From: Rotaria sordida
Lineage: Eukaryota
Reading direction: 5' to 3'
DNA: 18,443 nt
Assembly (NCBI GenBank): GCA_905250005.1
Contig: CAJNOH010000914.1
Location: 18,364 to 36,806 of the forward strand
Position 1 is the stretch's first letter. The number at the start of each line of letters is the position of its first letter. The notes under the pieces were generated by a model. The model was given only the letters and a program-made list of their open reading frames with translations. It was not told the origin of the DNA and did not search any database. Made by a program: the position numbers and the translations under genes. This document shows positions 10,340-18,443 of this stretch, in pieces.

Positions 10340-10410
10340 TTGGGTGTGGGGTGTGGGTGTGAAAAGAATCGAAACTCACACACACACTACCCCACACCTA
10401 CACCTCATCC
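10340..10410. repeat. G-rich/C-rich inverted repeat (foldback element B)
   Basis: TTGGGTGTGGGGTGTGGGTGTGA - AAAGAATCGAAAC - TCACACACACACTACCCCACACCTACACC. Confidence 0.85.
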
Positions 10411-10984
10411 TATTGTCATAGCTGCCGTAATAGCAGCCGTTCGCATGAAATTTAAGCATGACTATTATGCATTTCAAAGGGTCTATAAACACTTACTAGT
10501 TTTTCATCATAATTGACTCTTTCACAACCGTTTACGATGGAATATAATTAATCCAAGAGAATGATCCTTTTTCTTCTGAAGAATTTCATAAACACCTTCA
10601 GTCTAGTTCCAATTATTATTTGTTTGCAACTCCATATTTAGAATTTTTAATAATTTTTCAAGTATAATGATGAGAAAATTTTAAATATTGTGTGGCTTCT
10701 TCTATAATCAGTATTTTACTTCGAGCTTTTTCTCTTTTTTTTGTTGACGATAAATAGACAATAATGACTCATACGATGACATACACATAACAATATCAAT
10801 ATTCAAATTTTCAATTTCGTCTGTCAATCAGATGAACAATCTAAAAGACAATGACGAACATTCCATTGTATTTGAACCAAAATCAAATCTAGTAAATAAT
10901 TCGAAAAACAATAATTTTCCTACAATATCTAAAGTGTACAAGAGTTTTTCGTTATTATATTAAAAAAGCACGTTTATAATTTCA

Positions 10985-11860
10985 TTAAAAAGAATTACAA
11001 ATTTTGATCATGTCTGCTCCACATAAAAATCGATACTCAAAATTGGAAATTCGTGCTGGTACGACAAATACAATAAAAGTAAGTATTGGTGGAATGAATG
11101 AAATAAAATACCCAACTAGATACAACCATGACTCTTGAGCTGATTTCATGCAACTTGATACGAAAAAAATGACCAAACGTGGAAATGCCAAAATGACAAA
11201 AACAAACGGAGATATAAGAAGATGTTGATATTTTTTAAATTGAACAACTAAATGTTTTTATAAGATTGTTGTATTCGAATAGATACTCGTTGTCGAGTAG
11301 TTGTGATAATGATGACAATAGTCGAAATAAGATTAATGACAAAAGGAATGAAAAAATGCAGAGCTTGAATTGTTTGATTGTAGACTTAAACACTATGTTG
11401 ATAAGTAACAATACACCAAATTCTCTTTTCATCACCATCATCATCCTACATTAGTTGTCGATAAATGGGATTATGCATAGTTGTAGCAATTGATATAAGA
11501 ATTATCACTAGCTAAATATTGACTTGTTTTTCTTATTAAAATTGACACTTCGAATCGTGGCGATGGCTCTTTCAACAATCACAAAGGCATCTAACCATTG
11601 ATCCATACAAAGTGAGATTCGTAAAAGAAAATCGATTGAAATACATTGAACATGCAAAAATAATCGATTCAAAATTAATCCTATCTGTGCACCAATAAGA
11701 GTCTAGAATTTCAACATAAATAAAATCATTGTCAAAAGTGTAGTAATCAATGAACCTAATAAGTAGAAACCACATCCAACTTCCCAGAGTTTCTTGAGGA
11801 TATGGGTGTGTAGAAGTTACTACGATAACCCTAGGAGATATTTCGATGTTACTAACTCAA
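10985..11860 (-). pseudogene. Decayed rhodopsin-like 7TM (GPCR) gene remnant
   Basis: Frame-hopping minus translation gives KKLWEVGCGFYLLGSLITTLLTMILFMLKF*TLIGAQIGLILNRLFLHVQCISIDFLLRISLCMDQWLDAFVIVERAIATIRSVNFNKK ... VIILISIATTMHNPIYRQLM*DDDGDEKRIWCIVTYQHSV*VYNQTIQALHFFIPFVINLISTIVIIITTTRQRVSIRIQQSYKNI* ... YQHLLISPFVFVILAFPRLVIFFVSSCMKSAQESWLYLVGYFISFIPPILTFIVFVVPA. Several stops and at least two frameshifts. Confidence 0.72.
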
Positions 11861-13152
11861 TCTGATCAAGTGGCCTTAGTATCAGTATAAGAGATCCAAA
11901 AAGACAAGCAATTCGGATCAATACATGACACTTAAATAAAAGATAATAAATCTGATAAATATGATTATATAATTTTAGAAATTACAGTTTAATTATTTAT
12001 TATAATGAATTTAAGAATGGAATACTTAAAAAAGGTTATGAAAAAGTGCGATTATCAGATGAATAGAAATATAATAGTAAGATTGATGATGAAACATTCA
12101 ATAGTCTTGGAAGTATTCTTAAACTTATAGCTGAGTGTATAGGTCAAAGATAAAATCAGTATCAATGTGAAGTGATTTTTATTGATTTATTCGAAAAATA
12201 TTTTTCAAATCTTAATTTTACTAAAAGAAAGAGTTACTAAACTTATTTTGCATCGAAAATTAATATCAACAATTGATCCTTTATTTAAATAAGATCATCA
12301 TTATACAAATTCCAATAAACACGATCTGAACATAAAAATAACTGATTGCATTTCATCGAAAATTATTTTTGATCATAGTTAAAACAATACTTTATTTCAA
12401 TTCACTTATAACTGACTTAATTAGAAAATTAGAAGAATAGCACAACTTAATGGAGAACATATTTTTGTATGAAAAATTAAATGATAATCAAATAGAGTTC
12501 TAGGCAAAATTGATCTTAATGGTATTATTGCATCATTCATGTAAAGAAGAATTCAAACAACGATATTAAAAACTTTACATGACATTAAAATCAATAACTT
12601 AAAAGAAGATATGACTTGAGTTTTTATGATAAGAAAAAATGATATAAAAATATGTGAAGAAATCAATTTCGTTTATGAACAACAGATAATCCATAAAAGA
12701 AAAGTTTCAACTTAAATTAAATGAAGATATTTTATTAGGTGAAAAAATTATTATAAATAATATTGAGTTTAGAAAATAGTTTAACTATTGGAGTAATTGT
12801 ATTCGTTAAGATACTTTGACTAAAGAGATAAGAAATGAATTTTTTTGAGTTAAAATTTTGCAAGATTCTAAAAATGATTACGAACGAAAAGTCTATTTCA
12901 TTACACTATGAATATAAATATTGGTGCTGATTATTTAAACCGATTTTCTACTTATTTACAAATTTTGAATTCAAGTTAGAATTGATTCAAGGAAAACAAA
13001 GTACTACAAAAGTTATTAATTATTTTCTTGATTTTGGTATAGGATTTTCTAAGTTATTAAAAATTTTTCAAAAATATCATTCGTCTAGCATGCATTCGAA
13101 ATTTCATGAAAATTACAAATTGCTTTGCGAAGAGGATTTTTTGAAGAAAATA

Positions 13153-13219
13153 TTGGGTGTGGGTATCAGTATGGGTATGAAAAGGAATAACTGAATCATA
13201 TTAACAATTACACCCACAT
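13153..13219. repeat. Short degenerate foldback element C
   Basis: TTGGGTGTGGGTATCAGTATGGGTATGAAAAGGAAT ... AATTACACCCACAT; arms degenerate but same layout as B and D. Confidence 0.5.
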
Positions 13220-14777
13220 TGTTGGATGGCAGAACCAGAGACAGAATGCAGAAGTGCAAGTCATACAGATTTAGCAAACTACTGTGTTCAACTTTATAGA
13301 CAGGCGGAACGCAGTGTTTAAAAGTTTTGCATTTAAAAATGTATATTTGCCATAAAACCATCGTCATTATTGACTCTTCTATCCTTATGATAGATAGAAC
13401 TCCTGAAATACTTGTGTCAAATTGTATTTGAAATCATATTAATATCGGCATATATAATGAAAAATCCCGCCATCCCGTATACGGAACACTCGGCACGAAT
13501 GAGTTAAAAAGCGAAAGCTGCTGCTAAGGAAATAATGAAGAGAGTTGGTTGTAAAAGTACTTGAAGGTGTAGTTTATGGTACTGTATAAGGTACTGTTGA
13601 TTATGTGAATGTTTTATTTGAACTTTAGTTCTTTATTTCAAAATATTAGGATGAAACATTTGATTGAATTGCTCTTATAATCATATTTTTATTTCAAGAC
13701 TTATTACATATAGTAGAATAGTATTGTTCAGCTAAGTGACATCCAAAATTTTTTATAGCCACGAGCGATTATATCTTATGAAGAACTTTTGAATTATGTC
13801 TATTTCGAAATAAGAATAGCGGTTATCGCTATTGTAATTGAGTAGAGTTAAATACATGCTTCTTTTTATTGTCATGTCTCAGAATAATCAGCCAAAAGAC
13901 CTGACAATTTTTTCAATCAGAAATTCCATTTATGATGTGTCTATATAGCACATAGCTGAAAACAGTTTAAAAGATATTAGCACAGTTTCTGAGAAACTAA
14001 CATGTGTGTTACTAATCCTTTAAAGGTCTTATTTTCTTTCCTATATCGATGCCAATCGGATTCTAATTTTCCATAATTTCTGAATTTACCTTAATATTTC
14101 TGCGTCGTAGTCTTTCGGGAGAGATGATGATGTGAATGAATGCAAATATTAGGGTGAATAATAGAACAACTACACTCTTTTATCTAAATGGAAGTTATAG
14201 AAAAAAAAGGGAGCACAACTTTATTGAAGAGGTCATTTTGAATAAACTTGCATTGTAGAAAGAAAAATCATATCTTCAAATGGAACAGACATGTAGCAAA
14301 ACTTTTTCAAGAGTTCGTAGAGTAGTAGAACCAGCACTTCTAGAGGATACGTAATTTGTTTTCTGGAGACTTCTTTAGTGGGCAAGATTTTTCCAGTGAA
14401 CGGACAAGTCGAAACACTTTTCTGTTGTTTCATTGAATTTTCTATGAGCGAAAGCAAATAAAATGTCCTATAAAACTCGACATACACTACATGTTTGTTT
14501 CATTCTCTGCCGTATAGTAGTCCATTTAGAAGAAGCATGAAAACAATTAAAGGTGATAATTCCAAAACAAACTCGAATTGCTTTGAAGTTTTACTTTTAA
14601 TATTATATCGTAATACTGATTCATAAGCAAAAAGCGAGTTAAGCATGAGAGCAGCAGAGTGAAAGAATGATTGTTAAAATCGACAAAACAAGTCATTAGT
14701 CTTCTTTGTTGCCCATTTTGCATACTGGTGAGACAAAAGATAAAATCGCTCAAGTTTCAGTGGCGAATGAACAAAAT

Positions 14778-15038
14778 CTAGAAAACTAAAGGATAAATAA
14801 TTAGAAACTGTAAAAAAAACAATTCACAAAGAGTTACCAATATAACAATTGATATGGCAATTGTTGTTGAGTGCTTTCTAATGGACTTGGATGAATCTTG
14901 GGATAAGATTATGTGATACGTTATTGTTGTCGTCATCGTAGTTGTGTCTGTCATTGTAGTAGTTACCATTGTTGAAGTTGAGGTTACCGTTGAAGTTGAA
15001 TCTATAGTTATTCGAACAGAAAAAAACATCAAGGGCAC
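14778..15038 (-). other. ORF with Thr/Ser-rich segment followed by hydrophobic segment; possible stalk/TM exon
   Basis: IDSTSTVTSTSTMVTTTMTDTTTMTTTIT ... STTIAISIVILVTLCELFFLQFLIIYPLVF. Confidence 0.35.
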
Positions 15039-15301
15039 ACCTTACTGAATTGCAATATGAAAGTCGATAGAATTTTTTTTCTTTGTACTAAGCTCGAGAT
15101 TATTATTGTTTTGTTGGATGTATCTTCGGACCGAATTTTGCAATAACTGTCGCTTAATCCTCGAGAATGACAAGAATGGATTAGTTCAAATATTATTCTC
15201 ATAAGATCTAATGATAGAGATAATCACAAATTGAGTATCATAAATTTCTAATCTATTTAGATCGACACTTATTTTAGAATATCTTTCGCAAAAGCAGTAA
15301 A

Positions 15302-15982
15302 CTATAAATAAGGAAATATTTTCGGCTCACCAAATTTATCAAGTATTTCAAATTTTTGTACTCAATTATTGTTTCCTTCACTAACAAAAATGGATCCAAT
15401 GCTGTTGAATGCCAATGCATTCGGCAAAAATCCATTAACTCCAGGTCGAAATCTACCAAAACAAGACACAATACATTCACCGGTGCTTGAATTCAGTGCC
15501 CATCGAAGAATTTCACTTCTGTCACTCACATACAAATTCTCATTACTATCAACAAATATAAAGAGGGCCCCGCCGATTACTGACTGATTATTAGATAAGT
15601 CTGGTTGATTTTTGGTATCTGCGATGGTAATCGGATTTGTTCCATTTCTAAATAATCTTACCACACGATAGTTATTAGTGTCTAAGACGTAGACATATTT
15701 TTCGGTGACAAAAACGTCACTAGGAGAATCAAATAGTGAAGTTGAGTCAGATCCATTCTGTATAATATCTATAGCGGTAGTTGAATTAGGTCCGATAATA
15801 ACAATTCGATTATTCCCCCAATCGGCGATGTAGAGATTATCATCATTTGCAATGCTTATTCCTCTGTTATCAAGGAGAGTAGATAGAGATGATCCACTTG
15901 TGCCATTTCTTAATTCGGCAACTATCGTACCATCTTGAGACCAACTTGTCGAAGATGATAGATTTTGTGGAATTAAACACAT
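15302..15982 (-). CDS. NHL-repeat (beta-propeller) protein, fragment or probable pseudogene
   Basis: Repeats 'NRGISIANDDNLYIADWGNNRIVII', 'SPSDVFVTEKYVYVLDTNNYRVVRLFRNG', 'GALFIFVDSNENLYVSDRSEILRW', 'NALAFNSIGSIFVSEGNNN*VQKFEIL'. ORF stops at TGA 15362-15364 but NHL-like sequence continues in the same frame to TAG 15302-15304. Confidence 0.7.
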
Positions 15983-16499
15983 ATGTATGTGTTGATATTA
16001 ATTCTTTTTCTTTCATGGTAAACAAACATTTTCACAAGTTCTTTTGAACGGAATTCTCTACATTTGTGGCATGTAATGATCTCTGAAATTACTTTCTTTT
16101 TTAATTTCTGCTAGACAACTATGAATTCTTATTCCATTTCGATGAAGATAGATGTTTTATAGAACGCGAATTCTTAGCTTCTTCTTCGTGAGGTTTCTTC
16201 GATAACATTAGACTTATTCGTATAATAGTTCTTAGACAAATGAGATAGTTTAGAACGTCAGGAATGGATACTAATTGCATGTCCATATTAATCTTTTCAT
16301 TTTCCTTTTCTTCTTAGATAGCCAAATGATTACTTTGTTTTTTGTGTATACTCAGTAGATAAAATTTTGCTTAAAGACTATTTACAGACTTTTATTCTTG
16401 ATATGAACGAACGTTAAAGTCAGTAGATAATCATTCGCCCTTGTTTTTTTATCCGATAAATCGCAAAATAAATTTCTTCATATTTCTAATAAGGTAAAA

Positions 16500-16638
16500 G
16501 GGTGGGGTGTGTGCGTGTGGGTTTGGGTGTGGGTGTGTGGGTGTGGGGTGTGGGTGGGTGTGAGTGTGAGTGTGGGTATCGTTCCAAAACAGTTTCCACA
16601 CACCCGCACACACACACCCACACCCACACCCACACCCT
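16500..16638. repeat. Large G-rich/C-rich inverted repeat (foldback element D)
   Basis: GGGTGGGGTGTGTGCGTGTGGG...GAGTGTGGGTATCGTTCCAAAACAGTTTCCACACACCCGCACACACACACCCACACCCACACCCACACCC. Confidence 0.88.
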
Positions 16639-17794
16639 ATTATAATAAAATTCTACCAAATTATAGTAATACAATAGTTAGAAACAAACTTAAAATAAAA
16701 TTTTTGCTTATATTATTTTGTATCAATTAAAAAGAACGGAATTAGAAGCATATTTTAGTTGAAAGATATAATTCAACAAGTTCCTTGAAGTAACGTTGCA
16801 CGGTAAACGAATCGCGAAGGTTTTGTCATTGTCAACAAGAGAATTTTACTCAACTGATAACATAGCATATTTGTATTGAAGAAATATCGCATGACTTCAC
16901 ATGGATAAAGAAATCAAATAAACACAATTTATAGAACGAAAATATAAAAAGAACTGTAGTAAAGTAAAACTTCGATTCTTTCAAACTCATATTACTATAA
17001 GGGCTCTTTTATGATGGTGTAAAAAAACAAACATCAAAATGCATTTTTGGCATTGCAAATCAAGGTCATAAGGAAATACGCTCAACAATATTACATATAC
17101 TTGTACATGAAATACTCCTACATCCATTGTCAACTCATGTTGCTCATCACCCACAAGCAGTATGTTTGCCGTCGAGTGTATTTCTCAAAGATTGAGCATA
17201 ATTCGAGGTTTTTCTTACGAAATTAAAACTTTTATTCATTACAGAGAAAATCAAACATAATTATTTTTTGAATTGTTAACTGAATTTTTTGATGCGCAGT
17301 GTACAATGAGTACATTCAACAAAATCAATCTTCGATGTTCATGACTACATTAAAACCGCCAATATTCAGTGCATAGTGCTAATGGTTTCTATGAAAATAA
17401 TCACTGTGATGCATTCTTCACTTTTTGCTGTACTGATGTTTTTAGAAAACTGGCTAAAAATGATTCAGAAAATAAAAATAAAAACATATATAATGCTCTT
17501 CAAATAGAATTCAAACTAAAAAACGCATAATAATTCCTTCATGTAGAAAATGTTCTTATCAAATTAATTTTTCGATAATCATTAATTAGATTTTACGTCA
17601 TGTTATGAAATACACATTATTTCTTTCATCACAAAATATATCATGAAAAAGTCTTCTTATAATAACTAACATTCATTTGTCTTTTTCTATTCTGTTCATT
17701 GCACGAATAGAAAAGAGAGAAAGACAATATGTTTATTATTTCACGTGTACTTGTTTCGATCAGTATTAACTTTCTCTTATTTATCATTTTCAAT

Positions 17795-18386
17795 ATGAAA
17801 CAAACAAAAGGACAACGAAAAAATACATTTGATGATGATAATATGAATAAGAAAAGAAAATTATTTGATAAAAGTAAGATTTTATGTTTATATTTAATAA
17901 ATCTTATATTTTATTTTAGTAACAACAATCACTCTCTTCGAAGATTTAGCAAATGAAATTCTTTATGAAATATTTGAATATCTTGATATTTATCATGTTT
18001 ATCAAGGATTTATTAATCTTAATAAACGATTTCAAAATTTACTTTTTCATTCAACATTTCCAATTAAAATAAATATTTCAACAATGTCAAAATCAAAATT
18101 TCACTATTATCATAGAAATATAATTCTTCCAAATCAACATCGAATTAATTCACTTCGTTTATCAAATCCATTTACAATGGATATTATTTTCTCACTACCA
18201 CGTATTATTTCAAAATTTATTTGTCTTGAAATATTAATTCTTGATAATATCAAAGCTCAATATCTTAATAAAATTTTCAATCATTTAATTCTCTTACCTA
18301 AATTACATTCATTAGTTCTAAGTCTAATTGAATATGTTCAATGTCCAAGTACACTTTTTTTTCATATATTTTGTTTATTAAAATAA
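17795..18386 (+). CDS. F-box domain protein, two-exon model (17795..17873 + 17920..18386), likely disrupted/partial
   Basis: Donor GTAAGA at 17874, acceptor TTATTTTAG ending 17919. Joined translation: [90 protein letters not shown]... with typical F-box L-P/A-x-E-I-L...I-F-x-Y-L core. Frame stays open after TAA 18384-18386 to the window end. Confidence 0.72.
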
Positions 18387-18443
18387 AAATATTGTAATTT
18401 AACATATCAAACAAAAGATGAACAACGATTATTACCCATTACT

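Noticed and set aside
12000-13110. AT-rich stretch with many short coding-like phrases
   Set aside because: Frequent stops in all frames and no consistent domain; treated as intergenic.
14233-14753. Minus ORFs 14233-14487 and 14547-14753
   Set aside because: No recognisable motif; coding status cannot be supported from the sequence alone.
16486-16730. ORFs 16486-16674 (-) and 16509-16730 (+)
   Set aside because: Artefacts of the TG/TGGG foldback; both strands are open because of low complexity.

Overview
The window looks like eukaryotic accessory or subtelomere-like DNA. Its gene families, very short introns and TGTGGG-type tracts are most consistent with a bdelloid rotifer, but that assignment is inference. 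Supportable content: (i) a single-exon 996-aa protein (+, 2729-5719) combining an R-S-E type ADP-ribosyltransferase core, TPR repeats and a C-terminal multi-helix membrane region; (ii) a spliced minus-strand gene (9585 or 9687 down to 6952) that I reconstructed as a large F-box/LRR exon followed by ribonuclease-inhibitor/NLRC-type LRRs encoded one per exon, seven consecutive exons being exactly 84 nt and phase 0; (iii) a decayed 7TM GPCR-like pseudogene (-, about 10985-11860); (iv) an NHL-repeat gene or fragment (-, 15302-15982) with a probable nonsense codon, followed by a Thr-rich/hydrophobic ORF; (v) an F-box gene split by a 46-nt intron (+, 17795-18386) with an apparent in-frame stop; (vi) four separate G-rich/C-rich inverted-repeat (foldback) elements made of TGTGGG-like telomere-type units; (vii) a 10-bp minisatellite and a degenerate ~33-36-bp satellite at the left end. 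No CRISPR, rRNA or tRNA was recognised.
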